64,000 nucleotides of DNA from NCBI GenBank assembly GCA_963793305.1, contig CAWBZV010000002.1, forward strand, positions 32,001 to 96,000. Reading direction: 5' to 3'. The stretch is from an uncultured Gemmatimonadales bacterium (GTDB taxonomy: Bacteria; Gemmatimonadota; Gemmatimonadetes; Gemmatimonadales; Gemmatimonadaceae). A program made the position numbers and the translations under genes. Shown here piece by piece: positions 55,284-64,000 of the stretch (position 1 is its first letter; each line of letters begins with the position of its first letter). The notes under the pieces are model-generated. The model did no database searches. It worked only from the letters and a program-made list of their open reading frames with translations, and was not told the DNA's origin.

Positions 55284-56540
55284 ATGAAGACACCTATAGT
55301 TATCGCGCTCGCTCTGGTTGCCGCCGGGTGTGGCAGCCTCACGGAAACATCGGCCAGCCAGGTTCTGGCGAGCAGCCTGCTTCAACCGGCCAACGCGCCG
55401 CTGATCGCCAACAGCGTGGTCGCCGATTTTGAGTGCGCGTACGCCGACTACGCTACAGCGACGGGTCTCGTCAGCGATGAGCTGGCGGACGCGCAGCTGT
55501 TCGCCCTCGGGTGGGATTACGACCGCCGCACCATGGCCGCGACCAGCCCCATCCTCGATTACACCTGCGCGCCGATCGGCAACAATCCGGGCAGCCAACA
55601 AAATCCCGGCGTCTGGGCGCCACTGTCGACGGCCCGGTTCGACGGCGATACCCTGCTCAGCCTCTTGAATGGATGGACCGCCACGCAAGTGCCGAATCGC
55701 GTCCAGCTGATCGGCCAGACCGCCGCGTACACCGGGTACACGCTGACGCTCATGGGTGAGACGATGTGCGCCGGCGCCATCGACGGTGGACCCAAGATCA
55801 CGTCCGACTCGCTGCTGGGGCTCGCCGAGGTGCACTACGGCATCGCCATCACGAACGCCACAGCCGCGCATGACACCGTATCGCTCAACATGGCGCTCCT
55901 GGGCCGCGCGCGCGAGCGGCTCGATCGAGGCCAAAGTGTCAACGCCGCCGCCGACGCGGCGCTGATCCCGGCAGGGTTCCTTAAGGTCGCCACCTACGAC
56001 GGCGGCAGTACACGGCGTGAGAACCGGCTGTACACCGTCATGTTCCGTGACTTGTTCTATTCAGTCGACGTGCCGTTCCAGCATTTCATGACCAACGGTG
56101 CGCAAGATCCACGAGTGCTGGTCGACTCCACCGGCATCCTGGGACAGGACCAAGTGACCCATGTCTGGGCAGCCGAGAAGTATCCGACGATCGGCACGCC
56201 TATTCCTATCGCTCATTGGTCGGAGGCGCAGCTGATTCAGGCCGAAGCGGCGAATGACGCTAGCAACCCATCGGACGCGATCGGGTTCATCAACGCGATC
56301 CGTGCCAGCGAAGGACTGCCTGCGTACGCCGGGGCCACGGACCAGGCGAGCGTGCAAGTGGCCATTGTCCACGAGCGTGCGGCCGAGTTGTGGCTGGAGG
56401 GACACCGCCTGGCCGACATGATTCGGTATGGCCAGGCGCTCATCCCGTACTATCCACCCGTGGGGGCGCCATTTAAAGACGGGGGGAACTTCGGGACGCA
56501 GCTCTGCTTCCCGTTGCCGACGGTGGAGAACGGCACGTAA
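55284..56540 (+). CDS. SusD/RagB-family lipoprotein
   Basis: VAAGC lipobox, EAQLIQAEA, INAIR and ERAAELWLEGHRL.DMIR motifs. Confidence 0.9.
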   Translation: MKTPIVIALALVAAGCGSLTETSASQVLASSLLQPANAPLIANSVVADFECAYADYATATGLVSDELADAQLFALGWDYDRRTMAATSPILDYTCAPIGNNPGSQQNPGVWAPLSTARFDGDTLLSLLNGWTATQVPNRVQLIGQTAAYTGYTLTLMGETMCAGAIDGGPKITSDSLLGLAEVHYGIAITNATAAHDTVSLNMALLGRARERLDRGQSVNAAADAALIPAGFLKVATYDGGSTRRENRLYTVMFRDLFYSVDVPFQHFMTNGAQDPRVLVDSTGILGQDQVTHVWAAEKYPTIGTPIPIAHWSEAQLIQAEAANDASNPSDAIGFINAIRASEGLPAYAGATDQASVQVAIVHERAAELWLEGHRLADMIRYGQALIPYYPPVGAPFKDGGNFGTQLCFPLPTVENGT

Positions 56541-56549
56541 CATTGAGCG

Positions 56550-57281
56550 GTGAGCGCTCAGGTACGGGGAAAGGCCGCGGCCAAGACGACGGGTGGCCGC
56601 GGCGATCGAACGGCGCAGGCCTATAAGCAGCTGCGCGAGATGATCGTCCACGGGCGGCTCGCCCCGGGCGTTCGGGTGATCGAGAACGACATCGCCGAAC
56701 GCCTGGGCGTGAGCCGCACACCCGTCCGAAGCGCGCTCCACCGGCTGGAGCAAGAGGGGTACATCGTGAGCGCCGGCTGGGACAACGAACGCCGGCTCCT
56801 CGTCGCTCCCATGACCGAGGACAACGTCCGCGAGCTGTTCCAGATCATCGCCGAGATCGAAGGGTTGGCAGCCAGGCTCGCGGCCAAGCGTCCGGCGAAG
56901 CAGCGGACGGCGCTCACCAGCCGGCTGCATCGGATCAACGAGGAGATCGCGGCCACCGGACGGTCAGCGCGTCCGGACCCCTCCCGGTACTTCGAGCTCG
57001 ACATGTCGTTTCATCGCACGTACGTCGAATTCGGCGCCGGGCCCCGCCTGAGGGCGCTGCACGATGCGATCAAACCGCAAGCCGAGCGCTATAACCACCT
57101 GTATACCACGGCTTTAACGGCCGCCGCCGATCGCTCGGTCGTCGAGCACGAGGCGATCGTGCGCGCCATCGAGGCCGGCAAGGGCGCCGCGGCCGACGCG
57201 GCCGTCCAGCGCAATTGGTGGAACGCCGCCGATCGGCTGAGTACCGTCATTTTGTCGCTCAACGAGCGGGGACTCTGGTAA
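56550..57281 (+). CDS. GntR-family regulator (FadR/FCD type)
   Basis: GRLAPG..ENDIAERLGVSRTPVRSALHRLEQEG, D..FH and EHEAI motifs. Confidence 0.92.
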   Translation: MSAQVRGKAAAKTTGGRGDRTAQAYKQLREMIVHGRLAPGVRVIENDIAERLGVSRTPVRSALHRLEQEGYIVSAGWDNERRLLVAPMTEDNVRELFQIIAEIEGLAARLAAKRPAKQRTALTSRLHRINEEIAATGRSARPDPSRYFELDMSFHRTYVEFGAGPRLRALHDAIKPQAERYNHLYTTALTAAADRSVVEHEAIVRAIEAGKGAAADAAVQRNWWNAADRLSTVILSLNERGLW

Positions 57282-57785
57282 TGGCGAAGACCCTGACGGA
57301 TCGTTTGTTGACTGAGTTGGAAAACGAAGCGGCCATCACCAGGCGTGTGTTGGAAAGGGTTCCGGAGAATAGAGGCGACTGGAAACCCCACGAGAAGTCG
57401 ATGCCGATGGGTCGCCTCGCGGGGCTCGTGGCCAACATGCCGGGGTGGATCGCCATGATGCTCACCCAGGACGAGTTCGAACGTCGCCGCTGGCCCGCCA
57501 CTACCGCCAGTCAAGTCGAATCAGGATCTCCTCGCCGCCTTCGACGCCAACGTCGCGAGATCGAAGGACGCGCTCAAAAAGACGAACGACGCGCATCTCG
57601 AGACGAAGTGGCGGATGCTCGCGCGCGGCCACGTCGTCAGCGAGACCTCACGATACGAGAACCTGCGGTCGGGCGTGCTCAATCACCTGGCCCACCACCG
57701 CGGACAGCTCACGGTGTATTTGAGGCTCAACGACGTGCCGGTGCCATCGATCTACGGGCCGACGGCGGACGAAGCGGCGTTCTAA
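57281..57785 (+). CDS. DinB family protein, 1-nt frameshift near 57481
   Basis: TRRVLERVP..WKPHEKSM. Removing one A gives DEFDVAAG...NHLAHHRGQLTVYLRLNDVPVPSIYGPTADE up to TAA 57785. Confidence 0.85.
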
Positions 57786-57824
57786 CACTTCGGCAGGCGT
57801 TTTGCTATTCGAGGCAATTGCCTC

Positions 57825-59039
57825 GTGTCAAACCCAAACCAGCCTCGAGTATATAGCGGCGATCGAATCGACACGCTGGATGGTGTCCGAGGGCTCGCCA
57901 TGCTGGCGGTGCTCGTCGACCACTCGGCGATGTGGATCACGCCCACCACCACGGTCGATCGCGCCGTACAAGCCGTTACCGGCAGCACCTGGTCGGGAGT
58001 CGACCTCTTCTTCGTCCTGTCGGGTTTTCTCATCACCGGCATCCTGCTCGACGCCCGAGGTGGACAGCACTACTTCCGGAATTTCTACGCCCGGCGCGTG
58101 CTGCGGATCTTTCCGATCTACTACCTCAGTATCGCGCTGGTCATCCTGGCGTCCTCCATTCCGGTCATTGCGAACCATTTTCCGGATGCGGCTCGCGAGA
58201 TCCGCCACGTGCAGCCGTGGTACTGGACGTACACGACGAACTACCTGATCGCCTTGCACGGCTGGCCGGCCGCGGCCATGCGTACGGCGCATCTCTGGTC
58301 GCTCGCGGTCGAAGAGCAATTCTATTTGATCTGGCCCGCGCTGGTGCTCCTCGTCGACCGCCGCACGCTGACGCGGATCTGTATCGGTTTGCTGATCGTG
58401 TGCCCGCTGTTGCGTATCGCGCTCTTTCTCACCGGCACGCCACCGCGCGACCTCGTGGTAATGACGCCGACCCGCATTGATACGCTTGCGCTGGGCGCCC
58501 TCCTGGCGATCGCCGCCCGGTCCGACGGCGGACTGGCCCGCTGGCGTCGCCCGCTCGCGTATGTCGCGATCCCGAGTGTCATCTTGCTGGCTTCGACACT
58601 CACGGTCCGGATACGGGTCGCGAACGAGTCCCCGGAAATCGCGACGATCGGCTTCTCGCTGATCGCGGTGATCGCCGGTACGTTCGTCACGTTTGCCGCG
58701 ACAACGCCAGCGGGCAGTCTCGCGCACCGCGTCCTCGCGCACCCCGCGCTCCGCGCCGTCGGACGCTATAGCTACGCGATGTACATCTTCCACCTGGCCG
58801 TGGTCGGCCTCCTCCACGCGCGCGGTCTGGCGCCGGATGCGATGCCCACCGTGCTCGGCTCACACCTCCCGGCGCAATTCGCGTTCACGGTCCTGTGCTT
58901 CGCGATCACGTACGCGATCGCCTTCGTCAGTTGGCGTCTCGTCGAGCACCCAATCCTCAAGCTCAAACGGTACTTCCCCTACGACCGGGAGCCGGCGTCC
59001 GTTTCTGTCCGCTACGTGTCCGATCGCCGTATAGCGTAG
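57825..59039 (+). CDS. Acyltransferase family 3 (OafA-like) membrane protein
   Basis: LDGVRGLA, GVDLFFVLSGFLI, FYARRVLRIFP, HLWSLAVEEQFY and SYAMYIFH motifs. Confidence 0.93.
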   Translation: MSNPNQPRVYSGDRIDTLDGVRGLAMLAVLVDHSAMWITPTTTVDRAVQAVTGSTWSGVDLFFVLSGFLITGILLDARGGQHYFRNFYARRVLRIFPIYYLSIALVILASSIPVIANHFPDAAREIRHVQPWYWTYTTNYLIALHGWPAAAMRTAHLWSLAVEEQFYLIWPALVLLVDRRTLTRICIGLLIVCPLLRIALFLTGTPPRDLVVMTPTRIDTLALGALLAIAARSDGGLARWRRPLAYVAIPSVILLASTLTVRIRVANESPEIATIGFSLIAVIAGTFVTFAATTPAGSLAHRVLAHPALRAVGRYSYAMYIFHLAVVGLLHARGLAPDAMPTVLGSHLPAQFAFTVLCFAITYAIAFVSWRLVEHPILKLKRYFPYDREPASVSVRYVSDRRIA

Positions 59040-59067
59040 GGGCCGCGCCAGGGCCATTTTCACTGGC

Positions 59068-59613
59068 ATGACAAACACCGCACTCTTAGTCGTGGACGCT
59101 CAGGAATCGTTCAGGCAGCGTCCGTATTGGACCGACGCCGATTTCCCGGTCTTTCGGGATCGTTTGCAGACTCTGATCAACGGCTGCGCCGAGCGGCAGG
59201 TGCCCGTCCTGCAAATCTTTCACGTCGAAGACGAAGGTGTCTTTTCGCTCGCCTCGGGTCACGTTCGGACTCTGGACCCGATCGCCATCAAGCCCGACCT
59301 CATCGTCCACAAGCGCATGCACAGCGCGCTCGCTGGAACGCCGATCGCCGGCTGGCTGACCGAGCGCGGCATCCGTCGCGTCATCGTCACCGGCATTCGC
59401 ACCGAGCAGTGCTGCGAGACGACGACGCGGCATGCCTCGGATTCCGGATGGAAGGTCGACTATGTCACCGAGGCGACGTTGACGTTTCCGATGGTGCATC
59501 CGCGGACCGGGCGGCGCTTCAGCACCGAGGAGATCCAGGAGCGCACGGAGCTCGTGCTCGCCGATCGGTTCGCGCGCATCGTCACCGCCGAGCAGGCGCT
59601 CAACGATCTGTGA
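59068..59613 (+). CDS. Isochorismatase / cysteine hydrolase family protein
   Basis: ALLVVDAQ, K..HSA and GIRTEQCCETTTR motifs. Confidence 0.9.
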   Translation: MTNTALLVVDAQESFRQRPYWTDADFPVFRDRLQTLINGCAERQVPVLQIFHVEDEGVFSLASGHVRTLDPIAIKPDLIVHKRMHSALAGTPIAGWLTERGIRRVIVTGIRTEQCCETTTRHASDSGWKVDYVTEATLTFPMVHPRTGRRFSTEEIQERTELVLADRFARIVTAEQALNDL

Positions 59614-60599
59614 CGCAGCCCGTCTACTTCGTACTCCTCCCAGGCACGCTGCTGGTCGATCTCGCCGGGCCGGCGGACGCCGTGCGTCTCGCGAATCGCT
59701 ATCAGCGTACCGTGCGATTCACGTCGACGTTCGTCGGTCCGACGCCGTCGGTGACCTCGTCGGTCGGCATTGATCTCGCTGGCCTCGGTCCGTTACCCAC
59801 CGACGTTCCGAGTAGCGCGATGATCGTGGTGTGCGGCACGGTCACGGACATGTCTTCACGGACAGCCAGACTCACGGTGGCGAACTGGATCCGTCGCGTC
59901 GCCCGGCCGTCGCACAAGCTCGTATTTATCTGTGCGGGCGCTCTCGTTGCGGCGGATGCGGGCTTACTCGACGGCCGCGCGTGCACGACGCACCATGAAG
60001 ATTGCGACGAGCTACGGCATCTCGCGCCGAAGGCGCGGGTGCTCGATAACAGACTCTACGTGTCCGATGGCAACGTATACACGAGCGCAGGTGTGACGGC
60101 GGGCCTCGACCTGATGTTGGCGCTCATCGCCGACATCGCCGGACCGAAGTGTTCCGTCGGCATCGCCCGCCACATGGTGGTCTATGCGCGACGCACAGGC
60201 GCTGATCCGCAACTGTCGCCTTGGTTAGAGGGAAGAAACCACATCCACCCCGGCCTCCATCGCGTGCAGGACGCGATCGCGGCCGACCCCGCGCGCGCGT
60301 GGACGGCCGCCGCGCTGGCGGCCGTCGCCCACACGAGCGCGCGTCACCTCACCCGGCTGTTCCAGTCACACACCGCGATGAGCCCACTGGACTACGTGCA
60401 TCTCCTGCGCGTTGCCCTCGCCCGTGAGCTGCTGACCAACTCGACGCTCGATCTCGAGCGCGTGGCCGAGCGTTCGGGATTCGCTTCCAGCCGCCAGTTG
60501 CGCCGCGTCTGGAACAAGTACAACGCGCTGCCACCGGGCCAGTCCCGTCAGACTTTCGGCCACAGCCAGCCGAAGGTGCCGGCCGTCACACACCCATAG
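59610..60599 (+). CDS. GlxA-family regulator (DJ-1/PfpI + AraC)
   Basis: GTG 59610 overlaps the upstream TGA. Motifs ICAGA, CTTHH, TSAGVTAGLD and SARHLTRLF. Confidence 0.9.
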   Translation: MTQPVYFVLLPGTLLVDLAGPADAVRLANRYQRTVRFTSTFVGPTPSVTSSVGIDLAGLGPLPTDVPSSAMIVVCGTVTDMSSRTARLTVANWIRRVARPSHKLVFICAGALVAADAGLLDGRACTTHHEDCDELRHLAPKARVLDNRLYVSDGNVYTSAGVTAGLDLMLALIADIAGPKCSVGIARHMVVYARRTGADPQLSPWLEGRNHIHPGLHRVQDAIAADPARAWTAAALAAVAHTSARHLTRLFQSHTAMSPLDYVHLLRVALARELLTNSTLDLERVAERSGFASSRQLRRVWNKYNALPPGQSRQTFGHSQPKVPAVTHP

Positions 60600-61111
60600 A
60601 TGAGACCATCGATAATGTCTTTGGTGGTCACCGCCCACGGCTCGCCCTGCCAGATCGCGCTCTGGGCTCTGGCGCCCGCGTAGGCCAGGAAGGCGACCGC
60701 CCCGACGACGCGGAACACGGCGAGATACGGCGTGCCCGGCGCGACCGTGTGCGCGGCGATGTACGCCACGAAGAACGACACCACGAGGAGGTAGGTGAAC
60801 CACTGCCCGAGCAGGGGGCCGATGCTCGGCATGCCCGGCTTGCGCAAGAACGCCAGTCCCACGGGTCCCTGCTTGAACTTCTCGATCAACGCCGGATCCT
60901 TCATCGCATTGGGTCCCAATGCGTAGAGCAAGAGATACTGGCCAGGCGCCGGATTGCCTTTCTGAATCGCCGCGCGCACTTCGTCTTCGTTCGGAAATTT
61001 GTGGTAATCCGCATTATGGTACTTCAGCACCATATGCAGGATCGAGCTGGCCACGAACACCAGAACCGCTGACACGACGATCGGCATCCACAGCGAGACA
61101 AGTGGTACCAT
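60548..61111 (-). CDS. Conserved-looking hypothetical membrane protein
   Basis: Four to five TM segments, SSILHMVL..H..DY..PNED and TAGTFGWLWP. Confidence 0.75.
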   Translation of the reverse strand: MVPLVSLWMPIVVSAVLVFVASSILHMVLKYHNADYHKFPNEDEVRAAIQKGNPAPGQYLLLYALGPNAMKDPALIEKFKQGPVGLAFLRKPGMPSIGPLLGQWFTYLLVVSFFVAYIAAHTVAPGTPYLAVFRVVGAVAFLAYAGARAQSAIWQGEPWAVTTKDIIDGLIYGCVTAGTFGWLWPKV

Positions 61112-61793
61112 GACGTCCTCCGGGTTGATAGACATCGGCATCATCGGCGCCGGTCGATTCGGCACATACTTCGCCGGGCAACTGGAGCGCGTCGGCTATC
61201 GGGTAGCGCTCGGCAACCCGACGGCGCCCTTGGTGATGTTCGCCGTCCCGATCCGCAGCCTACAGCAGGCGCTTCTCGAACGCCGCGACGCACTCGGCCC
61301 CGACACGATCGTCGCCGACGTGTGCTCCGTCAAGATGATTCCGTGTGACGTGCTCACTCAGATGTTGCCGGGACGGCCCGTCGTCGGCACCCATCCGTTG
61401 TTTGGACCCGACTCGGCGCCCGTGAGCTGCGCCGGCCAACGCGCGGCGATCTGCGCGCTGCCCGGCGGCGAACGCGCCGCCGCGTGCGTCGAGGAGGTCT
61501 ATCGGCGCCTAGGGCTCACCATCGTGCGCTGCACGCCCGAAGAGCACGACGCCCAGGTCGCGCGGTCGCAGTTCTTGACTCACTACATCGGCCGCGGTGC
61601 CACGCGGGCCGGCATCGAACGCCTCGCGCTGTCGACACGGACGCACGAGGCGCTCATGGACATTGTCGATGTCGTCGGCCACGACACGATGGAATTGTTC
61701 GAGGACATGGCCGCGTTCAACCCCAAGGTTCCCGAGGTCCGAGCCGCGTTCTTGGCCGCGCTGTTAGAACTTGTACCCGAGAGTCGCCGATAG
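61110..61793 (+). CDS. tyrA: Prephenate/arogenate dehydrogenase family protein
   Basis: IGIIGAGRFG, DVCSVK, THPLFGP and EEHD...SQ.LTH motifs. Start uncertain. Confidence 0.8.
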   Translation: MTSSGLIDIGIIGAGRFGTYFAGQLERVGYRVALGNPTAPLVMFAVPIRSLQQALLERRDALGPDTIVADVCSVKMIPCDVLTQMLPGRPVVGTHPLFGPDSAPVSCAGQRAAICALPGGERAAACVEEVYRRLGLTIVRCTPEEHDAQVARSQFLTHYIGRGATRAGIERLALSTRTHEALMDIVDVVGHDTMELFEDMAAFNPKVPEVRAAFLAALLELVPESRR

Positions 61794-62663
61794 CCAGCTC
61801 AGCGCCGCGAGCAAGATGATGAACGTGCCGAGCGTCGAGGGGTCACGCTCGGTTGGCGCGTTTTTCTGGAACGCCCGCCAGATGGCGATCACGCCGGGCA
61901 GCAGGATGAAACGCTGCTGCGTGAGCCAGAAGACGACCCCGATCACGATGATGATGAGCCACCGTTCCTCTCGCGAGAGAGCATTGAACCCGCGGCCGCC
62001 GTCGAGCTGCCAGATCGGTGTGAGGTTGAACAGGTTCATGAGCGCCGTGAACCCGGCGATCTGCCCCCAGACCGGCGCTTTCGTTGCCAGGAACAGGCCA
62101 TAGGTGGCGACTGCGGCGCCGAGTCCCCACATCGGCCCGGCGAGTCCCACGTGCGCGTCCGCGTGCGGCGTAGATGGCGACTGCTTGAGGATCACTACGG
62201 CACCCAAGCCCGGGATGAATAGCGGAGGGCTCGCCGGAAGGCCGAGCTGTCGCAGCACGTACACGTGACCCATCTCGTGGATGTAGATGCAGACGATGAT
62301 GCCGAGCGCGACCTGCCACTTGCTAAAGAGCGCGATGTAGAACAGAAAGGACACGAACGCCGACACCACGGTCCTTCGCTCTCCGAGGCCCAGGATCAGC
62401 ATCTGGGCCTTGCCCGGAGTCGAGCGGCGCGTCAGGTCGGCGATACGCGCCTCGATCACCTTGAACTGCTCGCTCTCAGGCGGCAGAAGAGCGAGCGCCG
62501 CCTGCCACTTCTCCATGGCCGGCGTGAGCGCACCGGCGTTCTCCGCCGACTCGGCCTCGCTCGCGAGCTGCTTCAGCCGCTCGGCGTGCACGAGCGCGTG
62601 GCAACTCGGGCAGCTGAGCAACGCCGGCGCCAGCTCCGTATCACACCGCGCGCACGTGGTCAC
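61764..62663 (-). CDS. Site-2 protease (M50) with an N-terminal Cys-rich ribbon
   Basis: CxxC..CxxC, HEMGH, LAGP and NLFNLTP..LDGG motifs. Confidence 0.88.
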   Translation of the reverse strand: MTTCARCDTELAPALLSCPSCHALVHAERLKQLASEAESAENAGALTPAMEKWQAALALLPPESEQFKVIEARIADLTRRSTPGKAQMLILGLGERRTVVSAFVSFLFYIALFSKWQVALGIIVCIYIHEMGHVYVLRQLGLPASPPLFIPGLGAVVILKQSPSTPHADAHVGLAGPMWGLGAAVATYGLFLATKAPVWGQIAGFTALMNLFNLTPIWQLDGGRGFNALSREERWLIIIVIGVVFWLTQQRFILLPGVIAIWRAFQKNAPTERDPSTLGTFIILLAALSWLSATLGYKF

Positions 62664-63253
62664 GCCTGTGCGGTGAACCGAAATGGGCCCTGAAACGCCG
62701 GTCGACCGGGGTCACGGTTCATGTACCAGGCCTGCCGCAATCCGACCGCGATGATGATCGCGGTGAGGATAGACGACGGCAGGTCGCCGACGCTCTCGAT
62801 GATCGGCAAGGTGATCACGGTCTGGAGTGTCACCGTCCCGCCGAGCTTGACCAGCTCGGCCGTCATGCCCACCGCGATGCCCAGATAGGTCAGTATGAGC
62901 GCGATGATCTGGAATGGCCGGCCGCGCTGGCCACCCGCGCCGAGTTGCATGGCTCGTCCAACGAGCCAGCCGACGGCAATCGCCACCAGTCCGATCTCAG
63001 CATGAATCAACGCCAGGACGCCGTAGTACACGGCCGCGCCGGCAATCGCGCCGCCGATGCCGAACACGGTCGCGCGAACGATGTGTGCCGGCGTCGTGAC
63101 CGGCCGTGGCGTAGTCTCGATCCGCGTTTTGCAACTCTCGCAGACGATCGCCTTGCCGGCCGTGTAGTACGAGTCCCCGATCGGCCGCTTGCACGCGACA
63201 CAATTACTGGCCGGCGTTCCCGAGGGAACCGCCGTATCGAACTGAAGCGCCAT
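62660..63253 (-). CDS. Hypothetical membrane protein with a CxxC..CxxC ribbon
   Basis: CVAC..CESC followed by TM helices. Coupled to the M50 gene. Confidence 0.7.
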   Translation of the reverse strand: MALQFDTAVPSGTPASNCVACKRPIGDSYYTAGKAIVCESCKTRIETTPRPVTTPAHIVRATVFGIGGAIAGAAVYYGVLALIHAEIGLVAIAVGWLVGRAMQLGAGGQRGRPFQIIALILTYLGIAVGMTAELVKLGGTVTLQTVITLPIIESVGDLPSSILTAIIIAVGLRQAWYMNRDPGRPAFQGPFRFTAQA

Positions 63254-63262
63254 GTTGGAAAG

Positions 63263-64000
63263 TTACTGCATTTGTTCCAACAGTGCTGTCAGCGCGTCGA
63301 ACTCGAAAGGTTTCTCCAGGAACGGCTTCCCGGACCGCGCGCGGAACGACACGACGGTGTCGGAAATCGTCTCGCCGGTGGAGATGATGAGCCGCGCGCA
63401 GAGGTCCGGACGCGCGGCGGCGAGCGTGTCGTGGAGCTGAATACCGGTGACATCCGGCATCGTGAGGTCGGTGATCACCGCGCGATATCGGTCCGGGGGC
63501 GCCGTGAGCAGCATCGCCAGCGCCGCGCGGCCACTCTCCGCTTCCTCGACGCGCCATCCGCTGCGCTCGAGAAAGAGCCGGAGCGCCGCTCGGATCGACT
63601 CCTCATCGTCGATCACCATCACCGTCCCGGTTCTGACCCGCGTCGCGGCTGCGTTCCCGTTCGTGCGCGCCGCTCGCCCGCGAACCTCGGCCGCGGCCGC
63701 CGTTTGATCCGAGTGTACCGGGAGGTCGAACGTGAAACGGGCGCCGCCTCCCGGGAGATTCTCGGCCGCGAGCTGTCCGCCGTGCTGCTGGACGATGCCA
63801 AGCGAGACCGAGAGGCCGAGCCCTGTTCCCTTGCCAGGTCCCTTCGTCGTGAAGAACGGCTCGAAGATCCGCGGCAGGACATTGTCGGAAATCCCTGGTC
63901 CCGAATCGTTCACCGAGAGACGAACGTGGTCGCCGGCGCTCGTGACGATGACCTCGACGGTCCCGCCCGCGCCAGCGGCTTGTGCGCCGTTGACGATGAG
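63263..64000 (-). CDS. Hybrid sensor histidine kinase / receiver, 5' end outside the window
   Basis: LIVNG, DSGPGI, IFEPFFTTK..GTGLGL, and a receiver domain VIDDE..TDLTMP..KPF. Confidence 0.92.
   Translation of the reverse strand, partial: LIVNGAQAAGAGGTVEVIVTSAGDHVRLSVNDSGPGISDNVLPRIFEPFFTTKGPGKGTGLGLSVSLGIVQQHGGQLAAENLPGGGARFTFDLPVHSDQTAAAAEVRGRAARTNGNAAATRVRTGTVMVIDDEESIRAALRLFLERSGWRVEEAESGRAALAMLLTAPPDRYRAVITDLTMPDVTGIQLHDTLAAARPDLCARLIISTGETISDTVVSFRARSGKPFLEKPFEFDALTALLEQMQ

Noticed and set aside
1..64000. tRNA, rRNA, CRISPR arrays and IS elements
   Set aside because: None recognised. Intergenic gaps are short and no transposase motifs were seen, although a small ncRNA in 32412-32768 cannot be excluded without an Rfam search.

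Overview
GC-rich, very gene-dense bacterial window. The gene style (SusC/SusD pair with an N-terminal carboxypeptidase-regulatory-like domain, many lipoproteins and peptidases) suggests Gemmatimonadota, which is an inference. I found no rRNA, tRNA, CRISPR array or transposase. Highlight: a translationally coupled operon at 32.8-39.8 kb encoding a Cyc2-type cytochrome-porin fusion (PAFARKY-x3-CSACH, split by a 1-nt insertion), a diheme cytochrome c, a cupredoxin and a complete heme-copper oxidase. This is the gene order of the Acidithiobacillus rus iron-oxidation operon. The oxidase is A1-type with an intact D-channel but apparently lacks the K-channel Lys/Thr and two Mg-site ligands, and palindromic operators plus a divergent XRE regulator lie upstream. 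A second locus (4.7-14.4 kb) looks like an oxidative (amino)sugar-acid pathway with an MFS-lactonase-CBM9-like triple fusion and a diheme PQQ dehydrogenase. A third locus (41-57 kb) looks like a SusC/D-linked D-amino-acid/peptide utilisation cluster, with four copies of a tandem GTATAC-N5-GTATAC operator and a GntR gene. Four single-base insertions break otherwise intact genes and are probably sequencing errors. All calls come from motif reading only; no database search was run.
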